Source of the DNA: an uncultured delta proteobacterium
GTDB lineage: Bacteria > Desulfobacterota > Binatia > Binatales > Binataceae
NCBI GenBank assembly: GCA_963842085.1
Contig: CAWJET010000001.1
Location: 3,136,001 to 3,200,000 of the forward strand
Direction of reading: 5' to 3'
DNA: 64,000 bases
How positions within the stretch are numbered: the stretch's first letter is position 1; each line of letters begins with the position of its first letter. A model generated the notes under the pieces. It saw only the letters and a program-made list of their open reading frames with translations, was not told where the DNA came from and did not search any database. The position numbers and the translations under genes are program-made. This document shows, in pieces, positions 9,614 through 18,545 of the stretch.

Positions 9614-10153
9614 ATGCCCACGACGCGTGAAGTTCTCGATGCGACGATCGCATTGGAAAAACAGAGCATGGCTTTGTACGCGCGCTTCGCGAAGATCTTT
9701 GCGAACGAGCCGACTCTGCAGGATTTTTGGTTCGGAATGGCGCGTGACGAAGCGCGGCATGTCGGCGCATTGGACCTGGTGACGACCGTGCTTGATCAGG
9801 AAGAGATGCTCGATAAGCCCAGTCCAATTTCGCTCGAAGACGCCACCATCGTGCGGCTGCGGACCTTGCTCGAAAAATCTCAGGCCGATGCAACGCCGGG
9901 AATCAAACTCGATCGCGCGCTCGAGATCGCACTCGAAGTCGAGGAAACCGAACTTGAGGATCTCGTCTCGGATCTGCTGAAGGCCTTGCAGGCGCCCGAC
10001 GAGTACGAACGATGCCTGCGACTGCTCATCCACGACCTCGGCGAGCTGAGCTACATGATCGAGCGCCACTCGGCCAATCCCGCACTGCTGTCGCGATGCG
10101 ACGCGCTGGTCAATCGCCACGCCGAGACGCTGCGCCACACGGCAATCAGGTAG
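9614..10153 (+). CDS. Ferritin/rubrerythrin-like four-helix-bundle protein
   Basis: IALEKQSMALY...MARDEARH...ALEVE, an ExxH-type pattern. Confidence 0.75.
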   Translation: MPTTREVLDATIALEKQSMALYARFAKIFANEPTLQDFWFGMARDEARHVGALDLVTTVLDQEEMLDKPSPISLEDATIVRLRTLLEKSQADATPGIKLDRALEIALEVEETELEDLVSDLLKALQAPDEYERCLRLLIHDLGELSYMIERHSANPALLSRCDALVNRHAETLRHTAIR

Positions 10154-10212
10154 CGTCGCGCGCCGACGCGGTGGCGCGCGTGATGGCCGTTGGTTATATT
10201 TCAGGGCTGCGC

Positions 10213-10288
10213 TGAGGAGTGGCCAAATTGGTAAGGCACCTGACTCTGGATCAGGCGATTGCAGGTTCGAGTCCTGCCTCCTCAGCCA
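10213..10288 (+). tRNA. tRNA-Gln(CTG)
   Basis: Cloverleaf; anticodon arm CCTGA-CTCTGGA-TCAGG; GGTTCGAGTCC T-arm; encoded CCA. Confidence 0.96.
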
Positions 10289-10326
10289 ACGATTCCGCAG
10301 GCGCGCCGACGATGACGCGCGACGAT

Positions 10327-10401
10327 GGTCCCATCGTCTAGTGGTTAGGACACCGGCCTCTCACGTCGGGAACGCGGGTTCGACTCCCGCTGGGATCACC
10401 A
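10327..10401 (+). tRNA. tRNA-Glu(CTC)
   Basis: GGTCCCATCGTCTAGTGGTTAGGAC start; anticodon arm CCGGC-CTCTCAC-GTCGG; CCA end. Confidence 0.96.
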
Positions 10402-10667
10402 AACAAATCAAAGGGTTGTAAGCGATGCTCAGATTGCGCCTGAGGCTGGTGCCAAATAGGTGCCGTCTTTTCCCCGTTTTGAGGCATTAACAATCAAACA
10501 TACGATCGCGCACTGTAAACGTAGGACACCTTAAGGTCCGTTGAGACCCGCGTCCGATAGTCGAGCGCGATTGACGCGAACGACGGCACGCCGCTAGAAG
10601 CCAAGCCATGAAGCTTCGCCATGCTGCCGCACTCGCGATTGCGGGATTAAGGTAAGCGGCTCGCTCG

Positions 10668-12005
10668 ATGCCCGTTCTTTCGACTCGTCGTGTCCAGCTC
10701 GCCGCGGTCGTGGTGCTCGCGTTTATCCTTCGCGCGATATGGCTCGTGCGATCCGGTTCCGGTTGGGCGGTCGGCGCCGACTCACATCTGTATCTCGCGC
10801 TCGCTCGGGGACTCAGAGCCGGCTGCGGCTTCGCGCCGTACATCGAGCGCTGCGGCGCTCCCGAGCTGATGCGCACGCCGGGATATCCGGTCTTTCTAAT
10901 TTCGTTTCTCACTCATCTTCGTTTAGCGATTGTGATACAAGCCGCGCTTGGTGCGCTGGTATGCTTCATGGTCGCTAATTTTGCCGGACGCCGCGGCAGC
11001 CCGATCGCTGGGATTCTCGCTGCGGCGATCGTCGCGGTTGATGTTCCAACGATCCTGAATAGCAAGGAGCTCATCACCGAAGCGCTTTTCCAGGCGGTAT
11101 TGACCCCTGCTATCTTCGCCGCGCTCGAGGGTAACCCGTTCCTTGCCGGCGCGACGCTCGGCCTTGCCGCCATGATTCGCCCTGTGGCCGAAGTGCTCGT
11201 CCCGCTCGTGGCGATGCCATTTATCGCGAATCGAAGTTGGCGCGGCGCTGTCACTGCTCTGTCGGTAGCAATTTTGATCATCGCTGCGTGGGCGGTTCGC
11301 AATGATCGCGTGGCCGGCGTCTTTACCTTGACCGTCGAAGGTCCGCTCAATCTCTATTTGTACACGGCGCCTGCGGTTATCGCGCGTCACGATGGAGTGC
11401 CGCTTGAAAATGTCAAGCTTTCGTTCGCCCGCGATGCCGCGGTGCTCGTTCCCGCGCGACAAACCCGCGGCGATGCTCAATTCGAGGAGCTCTATGGCTC
11501 CGACCCGACTATCTCAGCGCTCGAAACCGATCCTGCACTTTCAAATTTCATGCTTTCCAGGTCGGTAGCGGTAATTCTTGCGCATCCAGTCGACTTCGCG
11601 ATCAATACGCTCGAGGGATTCATCAAACTCGCGATTGAGCCGTACGAGCTGCAAACAGGTTGGCAGGGATTGATCACGAACCCTCGCGCATTGGTGGCGA
11701 TTCGATTTACCGCGACTGCGTTCCAGTGCGTCATGCTCGCCGTGATATGGATCGGAGTATTTCGCACGCTATGGCGTCGGCCGCGAGATTGGCAGCAATG
11801 GATACTCCTCGGCGCGGCGCTGATGCTGATACTGCCGGCCTCGATCTACGCCGACGCGATCTCGATGCGATATCGCTCGCCGGCAATTCCTTTCCTCGCC
11901 GTGCTGGCCGGTATCGGCTGGTTTCCCGCAACCAGTTCCGGCGTTTGTAATCAGTCTGGCAGTAATCGGGTTGGCGGCGGCGACACTGGTTTCGACCCCC
12001 CGTGA
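10668..12005 (+). CDS. GT-C fold membrane glycosyltransferase (ArnT/PMT, GT39-like)
   Basis: Multi-TM protein with DSHLY, RTPGYPVFL, LITEALF and IRP motifs. Confidence 0.75.
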   Translation: MPVLSTRRVQLAAVVVLAFILRAIWLVRSGSGWAVGADSHLYLALARGLRAGCGFAPYIERCGAPELMRTPGYPVFLISFLTHLRLAIVIQAALGALVCFMVANFAGRRGSPIAGILAAAIVAVDVPTILNSKELITEALFQAVLTPAIFAALEGNPFLAGATLGLAAMIRPVAEVLVPLVAMPFIANRSWRGAVTALSVAILIIAAWAVRNDRVAGVFTLTVEGPLNLYLYTAPAVIARHDGVPLENVKLSFARDAAVLVPARQTRGDAQFEELYGSDPTISALETDPALSNFMLSRSVAVILAHPVDFAINTLEGFIKLAIEPYELQTGWQGLITNPRALVAIRFTATAFQCVMLAVIWIGVFRTLWRRPRDWQQWILLGAALMLILPASIYADAISMRYRSPAIPFLAVLAGIGWFPATSSGVCNQSGSNRVGGGDTGFDPP

Positions 12006-12043
12006 AGGTCGCATCTGATTTTCCGGTAGGATAGTTCCCGCGA

Positions 12044-15000
12044 ATGACGAAGAGTTCCACACCTGATCCGGCAGTCGCGGCTGTGGCAACACCGCACCGC
12101 CGGTATCCAGAGACCGCCGGGCTTTTGCTGCTCGCGCTGGCGCTGCTCTTCAACGCAATTCTGCTCGCGCCCGAGCTACGTATCGAGCGTGCTCCGGTGA
12201 ACGATCTGCCATTTCATATCGCGGCCTCCCAAGTCCTTGGCCACAGCATCGCGCACCGCGAACCGTTCCTGGATCCGTGGGTCTCGCAATGGTCACTCGG
12301 GTTTCCACTGTGGCGCATCTATCAGCCGCTGCCCCACCTCGTCGCTGCGGCGGTAATCGCGCTCTGCCGCCCGTTCGCTTCGCCGGACTCAAGCTTCGCC
12401 GCCTTCTACTACCTGTTGTTGGTGTTGGTTCCTGCCAGCGTCTATCTCGGCGCGCGGCTGATGGGCCTCAACCCACTTGCCGCCGGGCTCGCCTCGATCC
12501 TGGTCCTGATGCCAAACGAGGGGGGAGACTTCGGACGCTATGGACTCAGCTACGGCGCCTACGTGTGGCGAGGTTCAGGTCTCTACACGGAATTGTTTGC
12601 TATTGAGGTGATGCTGCCGACGCTCGGCCTGGCGGCACGAGCGATCGACTCTGGCAGAAGGCAGACCATTGCCGCCGTCGGCCTCGCACTGACCGCTCTC
12701 TCGCACATATTTTTCGGCTACGTCGCCTTCGTATCGACCGCAGTTTGGGCGGTGGTAAGCCCGCGCGATGGCCGCTCGCAACGCATCGCCCGTGCAGCTT
12801 CGATAACGGTGATGGCGATGCTGCTGCTGGCGTGGTTTATCATCCCGATGCTCCTGGCTGGCGGCGAAGTCAACCGCAGCAGGTGGGACCCTGCCTACAA
12901 GTTCGATTCGTATGGCGCGCCGATCATTCTGCGCGAGCTTTTTTCCGGGCGCTTGCTCGATTTCGGCCGTGTCCCGGTGCTTTCATTGATGGTCGCGCTT
13001 GGAACCTTGATTGCCGCGTTTAATTTCAAGGATTCGCTGGCGCGGCGCTTGCTGGTTCTGACCGCCGTATGGCTCGGGCTCTTCTTTGGGCGCGAGACCT
13101 GGGGCCACCTCCTGGTACTCGCTGGAATTCCAAGCCAGTTCCATCTGCATCGGCTGCAGGCCGCCTTCGAGTTGTTCGCGGTGTTGCTGGCCGCATGGGG
13201 ACTAGAGCGAGCGATCTCCGCGGCGATGCGCGCTCCACGGCTCGTCACGATTGCGGCAGGCGCGGCGCTGGGTGCGGCAATCCTGCTGCTCGCGCTCGAC
13301 CGTGCAGAGTTCCTCAGACTCAATACGACGTGGGGCGAGGCCAATTTGGCTGCCTTCGACCGCGAGCGTGGTGATTTGGACGCCGCTCTGATCGATGTAC
13401 GCGCGATTCTCGCCGACCGCCCCGGCCGGGTGTCTGCCGGGAAAGCGGCGGACTGGGGCGGAACATTCAAGATTGGCGAGGCTCACGTTTACTCGTTCCT
13501 CAGCAGAGACGGATTCGATGAGGCCAGCTTCCTCTACCACACAATTTCGCGGACTTCTGACTACATGGTGCTGCGCGACGAGAACGATCCCGTGGAGGAG
13601 GATCTCTTCGGCATCAGGGCGGTGGTGGCTCCGGCCACTCTGAAAATGCCGTCCTATTTTCGCCGACGCTCGGTGCATGGCCGCTTCGCCGTGTACGAGG
13701 CCTCGCCGGAAGGTTACTTCAGTCTCGTCGATATCGGCGCCAGTTACGATGGGCCGCCCGCAACCTGGTACGACCCGATTTCCACATGGCTGCGGAGTTT
13801 GATGCTTCGCGCGGGCGAGGTCATCGCGCTTGATTCGGGGACTTTCTCCGGAGTCCCGGTCATCGGCCGCTGGCAGGCGCTGCCCAAACCCGACACCCGG
13901 TTCATCAGCCCGCGCGGTCAGATCCTCGCCGAATCGAAGGTCGATGAGACCTATCGAGCGACCATCGACGTTCAACGTCCCTGCTATGCGCTCGTCAAGA
14001 TCACCTACTTCCCGAGCCTGGCGGCAACCGTCGACGGCAAGCGCGAACGTCTCATCCGGGTTTCCCCCGACTTCGGCGCCATCGCGCTTACTCCGGGACA
14101 TCATGAGGTCGAGGTCAGCTACCAACCCGGCCCTTTGAAGCCTCTTCTGTTCGTCGCCGGGATCTTGATGTTCGCACTCGTCGCGCTGCCGTCATTCGGC
14201 GCGTATCGCGAGCGAGCTCAGAGTTGGCTGGCGGAGCGGCTCGGGCTGCTGGGCGAATGGCTTACGACCGACCGCGTGAAGATTGCCATCGCACTGGCAT
14301 TGTTGATCCTGCTGTTCACCCGCGCGCTTTTCAGGGGCCAACTGGTCGCCGGCCACGATTCGCTGGCATATCCGCCGCGCCTGGCCGAATTCGCGAAGAT
14401 AATTGGCGATCATCAATTCCCGCCCATCTGGGCCCCGGATCTCAGCAGTGGACACGGCCAGCCGTTGTTCGAATTCTCGCCGCCGCTGATCTACGCGGCG
14501 GCATTGCCGTTCTTCAAATGCGGGATGGGGCTGGCGGATTCCCTCCAGTTCGGGTTGATCGTGCTCTTCGCGATCGGGACGGTTTCCGTCTATTTGATCG
14601 GGAGAAAAATGTCATTTTCACGAGTCGCCTCGGTGGGCGGGGCGGCGGCGTGGCTGTTCGCGCCTTACCAGGCGCTTGATATGTATGTGTCGGTCCGAAT
14701 GGCCGAGGCCTCGGCGCTCTGCGTCGCGCCACTCGCATTGCTTGGACTCATGACGGTGTTGGAGCGCCCGACGCTGCTGAGCATCGTGCTCGGCGCGGCC
14801 GCGCTCGCATTGGTGCCGCTCGCGCATAGTGCGGTCGCGCTGCTGATGTTCCCGATTTTCGCAGTGATCGTTCTGGTCCGCGCCGCCATCTCCAGGAGCC
14901 CTATTCGGACGGGCGTCGCCGGGCTTGCGGCGCTCGCGGGTGGACTCGGACTCAGCGCGTTTTTCTGGCTTCCCGCCGTACTCGAAAAGGATTTCGTAAA

Positions 15001-15253
15001 GACCGACCTTTTGCTAACCGGCTTTTTCAATTGGCGTATCCACATAATCGCGCCATGGCAGTTGCTGTGGGGACACTGGGGCTTCGGCTACTCCGTAGCG
15101 GGCCCCAACGACGGCATTTCGTTCTCGCTCGGCCTGCCTCATATCGCGCTTGCAATTGTGGGATTTCTCATCGGGGTCCGGGCGCTCAGCTGTCAAATGA
15201 AATCTTTGGTTAGTTTTAACGCCAAAACGAATTTTATTTTGTCAAATTTATAG
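12044..15253 (+). CDS. Large multi-TM protein with two tandem YfhO/PTPS-related GT-C-like modules; second module appears truncated
   Basis: Module 1: DLPFH..W...SLGFPLWRIYQPL; module 2: HDSLAY..PIWAPDLSSGHGQPLFEFSPPL; last ~20 codons read through AT-rich non-coding-like DNA. Confidence 0.75.
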   Translation: MTKSSTPDPAVAAVATPHRRYPETAGLLLLALALLFNAILLAPELRIERAPVNDLPFHIAASQVLGHSIAHREPFLDPWVSQWSLGFPLWRIYQPLPHLVAAAVIALCRPFASPDSSFAAFYYLLLVLVPASVYLGARLMGLNPLAAGLASILVLMPNEGGDFGRYGLSYGAYVWRGSGLYTELFAIEVMLPTLGLAARAIDSGRRQTIAAVGLALTALSHIFFGYVAFVSTAVWAVVSPRDGRSQRIARAASITVMAMLLLAWFIIPMLLAGGEVNRSRWDPAYKFDSYGAPIILRELFSGRLLDFGRVPVLSLMVALGTLIAAFNFKDSLARRLLVLTAVWLGLFFGRETWGHLLVLAGIPSQFHLHRLQAAFELFAVLLAAWGLERAISAAMRAPRLVTIAAGAALGAAILLLALDRAEFLRLNTTWGEANLAAFDRERGDLDAALIDVRAILADRPGRVSAGKAADWGGTFKIGEAHVYSFLSRDGFDEASFLYHTISRTSDYMVLRDENDPVEEDLFGIRAVVAPATLKMPSYFRRRSVHGRFAVYEASPEGYFSLVDIGASYDGPPATWYDPISTWLRSLMLRAGEVIALDSGTFSGVPVIGRWQALPKPDTRFISPRGQILAESKVDETYRATIDVQRPCYALVKITYFPSLAATVDGKRERLIRVSPDFGAIALTPGHHEVEVSYQPGPLKPLLFVAGILMFALVALPSFGAYRERAQSWLAERLGLLGEWLTTDRVKIAIALALLILLFTRALFRGQLVAGHDSLAYPPRLAEFAKIIGDHQFPPIWAPDLSSGHGQPLFEFSPPLIYAAALPFFKCGMGLADSLQFGLIVLFAIGTVSVYLIGRKMSFSRVASVGGAAAWLFAPYQALDMYVSVRMAEASALCVAPLALLGLMTVLERPTLLSIVLGAAALALVPLAHSAVALLMFPIFAVIVLVRAAISRSPIRTGVAGLAALAGGLGLSAFFWLPAVLEKDFVKTDLLLTGFFNWRIHIIAPWQLLWGHWGFGYSVAGPNDGISFSLGLPHIALAIVGFLIGVRALSCQMKSLVSFNAKTNFILSNL

Positions 15254-15315
15254 GTTTATTTGTCAATTTGTAGGATTTCGGAGGTTCCAGTGAGGCGACT
15301 GGCCTTTACGAAAGA

Positions 15316-15378
15316 TGAATCCATTCAGGTTTATTGACAGACGCGGGGATTAGCGCTAGAAAATAATGAATGGATTCA
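15316..15378 (+). promoter_or_regulatory. Sigma70 promoter flanked by two TetR-type operators
   Basis: TTGACA(15334)-N17-TAGAAA(15357); TGAATCCATTCA (15316) and its exact reverse complement TGAATGGATTCA (15367). Confidence 0.7.
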
Positions 15379-16047
15379 GTTTCAATATCTAACCAGCCGC
15401 CAGGACTCCGCCACCGTCAGAAGCGGGAGCGCGAGCGCCGCATCGTTCAGGCCGCCGAAAAACTGTTCGCGAGCAAGGGTTACCCCGAGGCCGCGATGGA
15501 AGATGTCGCGGCGCACGCGGGCCTTGCGGTCGGCACGATCTACAACTACTTCTCGTCCAAGTCCGCGCTGCTGCTGGCGATCGTCAGGCGCGAAACCGAG
15601 GCGCTGCTCGCGCGCGGGCAGAAGATCCTTGACGACCCCGCGCGCGACCCGGCCGCGGCGGTGTCAGCGTTCACCGAGATTTTTCTCGACGACTTCACGC
15701 GTGACGACCGGCGGCTATGGCGCGAATTGTTCGGCGCGGCGATCGCCGAGCCGTCCACGGTCGGGCGGCGCCTGTTTGAAGCCGACACGCAACTGGTAAC
15801 GCAACTCGCGTCGCTGCTCGATCGATACCGGAGCGACGGCGTTCTCGCATCCGAGGTAGAGCCGATGCCCGCGGCGACGGTGCTCTACAGCGTGTGCTTC
15901 ACCTGGATGACCGCGTACCTGATGAATGACGCGATCAGCGCCGAGATGGTGCGCCACGAAATCCGGCGCGGCGTCGCGATTGCGATGCGCGGAATGTTTC
16001 CCCGCACCGGCGCGATCTCAACTGCCACAGGAGGACAGGAACCATGA
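15370..16047 (+). CDS. TetR/AcrR family transcriptional regulator
   Basis: HTH motif AAMEDVAAHAGLAVGTIYNYFSSK. Confidence 0.95.
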   Translation: MDSVSISNQPPGLRHRQKRERERRIVQAAEKLFASKGYPEAAMEDVAAHAGLAVGTIYNYFSSKSALLLAIVRRETEALLARGQKILDDPARDPAAAVSAFTEIFLDDFTRDDRRLWRELFGAAIAEPSTVGRRLFEADTQLVTQLASLLDRYRSDGVLASEVEPMPAATVLYSVCFTWMTAYLMNDAISAEMVRHEIRRGVAIAMRGMFPRTGAISTATGGQEP

Positions 16048-16409
16048 TCGAAATTATCGAAGGCCTTCCCGACAATGTAGTGGGACTCGTGGCCAGGGGC
16101 GAGGTAACGAGAAACGATTACCGCGAGGTGGTGATTCCGGCCATAGGCAAGGCGCTGAAGCGCAACGCCAAGCTGCGGCTTTATTACGATCTGGGTTCGC
16201 AATTCACCGGGATCGATCTCGGCGCCGAATGGGAAGATTTCAAACTCGGATTTGAGCATCTTTCACGCTGGGAACGGATGGCCGTCGTGACCGACGTCGC
16301 CTGGATCCGGCATCTGGTCGGCGCTTTCCGCTTTCTGATGCCCGGAGAACTGCGAGTCTTCGCGACCGCGCAGGCATCGGAGGCGCGGAAATGGATTGTC
16401 GCGGCCTAG
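16044..16409 (+). CDS. STAS/SEC14 (SpoIIAA-like) domain protein
   Basis: MIEIIEGLPDNVVG...WERMAVVTDVAWI...A.KWI family pattern; ATGA overlap with tetR. Confidence 0.88.
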   Translation: MIEIIEGLPDNVVGLVARGEVTRNDYREVVIPAIGKALKRNAKLRLYYDLGSQFTGIDLGAEWEDFKLGFEHLSRWERMAVVTDVAWIRHLVGAFRFLMPGELRVFATAQASEARKWIVAA

Positions 16410-16635
16410 CCTGACGCCGCGATCTGAGCTCGAAGGAGGAGGCGCGGGTATCGAGTCGAGCGCCAGGCGGCGTTAAGCCTGGAGTTGGCAACGAGTTTAG
16501 ACCCCCCCTATCTTTGCTGTTCAAAGTAGCGTATCCTCACAGCCTAACGCTCGGATTGTTCCATTCTCTAAGCCCGGGAATTGGCCCGGGTTTTCTGTAC
16601 GAGAGCTTCCCGGCAAATACTTACGGAGGGCAAAA

Positions 16636-16962
16636 ATGCCCAGCAAATTGTACGTAGGCAATCTGGCCTACTCGGTGTCCAACAGCGATCTGGAGGAACT
16701 GTTTTCACAAGCAGGCCAGGTCCAAAGCGTGGCGGTAATCACGGATAAATTTTCCGGCCAATCGAAGGGCTTCGGCTTCGTCGAGATGGCGAATGCGGAA
16801 GAGGCTTCCAAGGCAATTCAGACCCTGAATGACACGGAACTGAAGGGCAGAAACATCAAGGTTAGCGAGGCCAAGCCCCGCGAATCGAGCTTCGGCGGCG
16901 GCGGTGGCAACCGGCGCGGCGGCGGCGACAATCGCGGCGGCGGAGGCGGCGGCCGCTGGTAA
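16636..16962 (+). CDS. RRM RNA-binding protein with Gly-rich tail
   Basis: RNP2 LYVGNL and RNP1 KGFGFVEM; GGAGG RBS. Confidence 0.96.
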   Translation: MPSKLYVGNLAYSVSNSDLEELFSQAGQVQSVAVITDKFSGQSKGFGFVEMANAEEASKAIQTLNDTELKGRNIKVSEAKPRESSFGGGGGNRRGGGDNRGGGGGGRW

Positions 16963-16974
16963 ATTGATCTGAGG

Positions 16975-17008
16975 CTGGGCGGGCACCCAATGCCCGCTCA
17001 GTCGTTTT
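16975..17008 (+). terminator. Intrinsic terminator after the first RRM gene
   Basis: GCTGGGCGGGCA-CCCAA-TGCCCGCTCAGT followed by CGTTTT. Confidence 0.6.
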
Positions 17009-17114
17009 CAGGGGTCGCGTGGACTCTGAGTCCCGCTGCCTCGCCAATTCAAATTGTCTTCGAGCTCCCGTCCCGGGAAATGGCAGGAGTTCGCACGTCG
17101 TACGAGGAGGTTCG

Positions 17115-17435
17115 GTGCCCAGAATATATGTAGGAAATCTCGCCGAGTCAGTTACGCGCGACGATCTGCGGGCGCTATTCTCCAAAATCGGCCGGGTAAG
17201 CGGCGCGCTGGTGATCACCGACCGGGTTACCGGCAAATCAAGGGGCTTCGGCTTCGTCGAGATGGTCGAAGTCGATGATGCGATTAACGCGGCCGTCTAC
17301 TTCAGCGGCACCGAGCTCGAAGGCCGCAAGATTCACGTCGATCCATACCGTCCGCAGGAACCCGGCGCGCAAAAGTATCGCGGCGAACGCAAGCGGCGCG
17401 CGCCCGTCAAGCGCAGCAGCAACGGCGCCGGCTAG
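17115..17435 (+). CDS. Second RRM RNA-binding protein (basic tail)
   Basis: IYVGNL and RGFGFVEM; GTG start after AGGAGG. Confidence 0.92.
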   Translation: MPRIYVGNLAESVTRDDLRALFSKIGRVSGALVITDRVTGKSRGFGFVEMVEVDDAINAAVYFSGTELEGRKIHVDPYRPQEPGAQKYRGERKRRAPVKRSSNGAG

Positions 17436-17476
17436 CAGAGCAGCATCGGAGTTGGACAGTTCAAGCAGGAGGCTAT

Positions 17477-17767
17477 ATGCGCGATGAAGGGTTGACGCCG
17501 TGGCGAACGCACGACTGGAAGGTTCGCACCATCGAATCGATTGCCCCGGGAGGCGGTTCGCGGCTCGCCTTTACCTGCAGGAGCTGCGGCCGGGTGTTCA
17601 ATCAAACTACGATCAACAGCCGGACCTGGGCGGTTGATGCGGGCGGCGTTGCGCTGTCCGATACGGTTACGACGCGATGGCTCGCGGAAAGCTGCCCGCG
17701 TCGCCCGGCAGACGGCGACGAGGACGACCGCAAGCAATTCAAGAACGGTCCCACGCTTCAAAACTGA
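17477..17767 (+). CDS. Small hypothetical protein with HxW..CxxC..C possible metal site
   Basis: AGGAGG RBS then ATG; 96 aa. Confidence 0.65.
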   Translation: MRDEGLTPWRTHDWKVRTIESIAPGGGSRLAFTCRSCGRVFNQTTINSRTWAVDAGGVALSDTVTTRWLAESCPRRPADGDEDDRKQFKNGPTLQN

Positions 17768-17790
17768 CAATTTTTCGAACGGTGACGCGA

Positions 17791-18447
17791 TTGAAATTGA
17801 ATTTACCAACAGTCGCGCTCGGCGCGCTGATTTTATGTGCGACTACCGCTCCCGCGTTTGCGCAAGCCCTGGCGCAGGCATCTGTTCCACCCGACGCGAC
17901 GGATTCGGTGAAATCGATCATCGACCAGTCAATCGTCGTCTTCAAGGACACCCACATTCCCACGGCTGAGCGCGAGCAGAAACTTCGCGCGATTGCCGAG
18001 AGCCACTTCGATTTTGCCGAGATGTCGCAATCGGCGATCGGCTACCACTGGAAGACTTTCACTCCCGCGCAAAAGAGCGAGTTCGTGCCGTTGTTCACGG
18101 CGTTTATCGAAGACGCGTATTTGTCGCGGATCGAATCGTATTCGGTCGAGAAGATTAACCAGCAGATACAATCCTCGATAATTCAATTCACCCGGCAAAC
18201 CAACGACGGCCCCGACTACGCCGAAGTTTACAGCACGGTCGTGTTGAAGGATCAAAAGGATCCGATTCCCGTCAACTACCTGATGCGCCGCGACGCGGAC
18301 GAGTGGAAGATTTACGACATCACGATCGACGCGATCAGCGTGATCGCCAACTACCGCAACCAGTTCAATCGCGTGCTCAACAACGACGGCTACGACAAAC
18401 TCGTAAGCCTGATCCGCCAGAAGACCGCAGGCCTCCAGCGCAACTAG
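17791..18447 (+). CDS. MlaC/Ttg2D family phospholipid-binding periplasmic protein
   Basis: Signal peptide; FDFAEMSQSAIGYHW; WKIYDITIDAISVIANYRNQF; start approximate. Confidence 0.9.
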   Translation: MKLNLPTVALGALILCATTAPAFAQALAQASVPPDATDSVKSIIDQSIVVFKDTHIPTAEREQKLRAIAESHFDFAEMSQSAIGYHWKTFTPAQKSEFVPLFTAFIEDAYLSRIESYSVEKINQQIQSSIIQFTRQTNDGPDYAEVYSTVVLKDQKDPIPVNYLMRRDADEWKIYDITIDAISVIANYRNQFNRVLNNDGYDKLVSLIRQKTAGLQRN

Positions 18448-18545
18448 CGAAGCGGCGCGACAGTGTCGATGCGCGCCTGCGTTATTGCTTGCCCTCTTGT
18501 CATCTCCTAATCGGGCGAGACCAGGGAGGGGCGCATCGACGGCGG

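Noticed and set aside
16890-16960. GGC tandem repeats
   Set aside because: Encode the Gly-rich RRM tail; not a separate element
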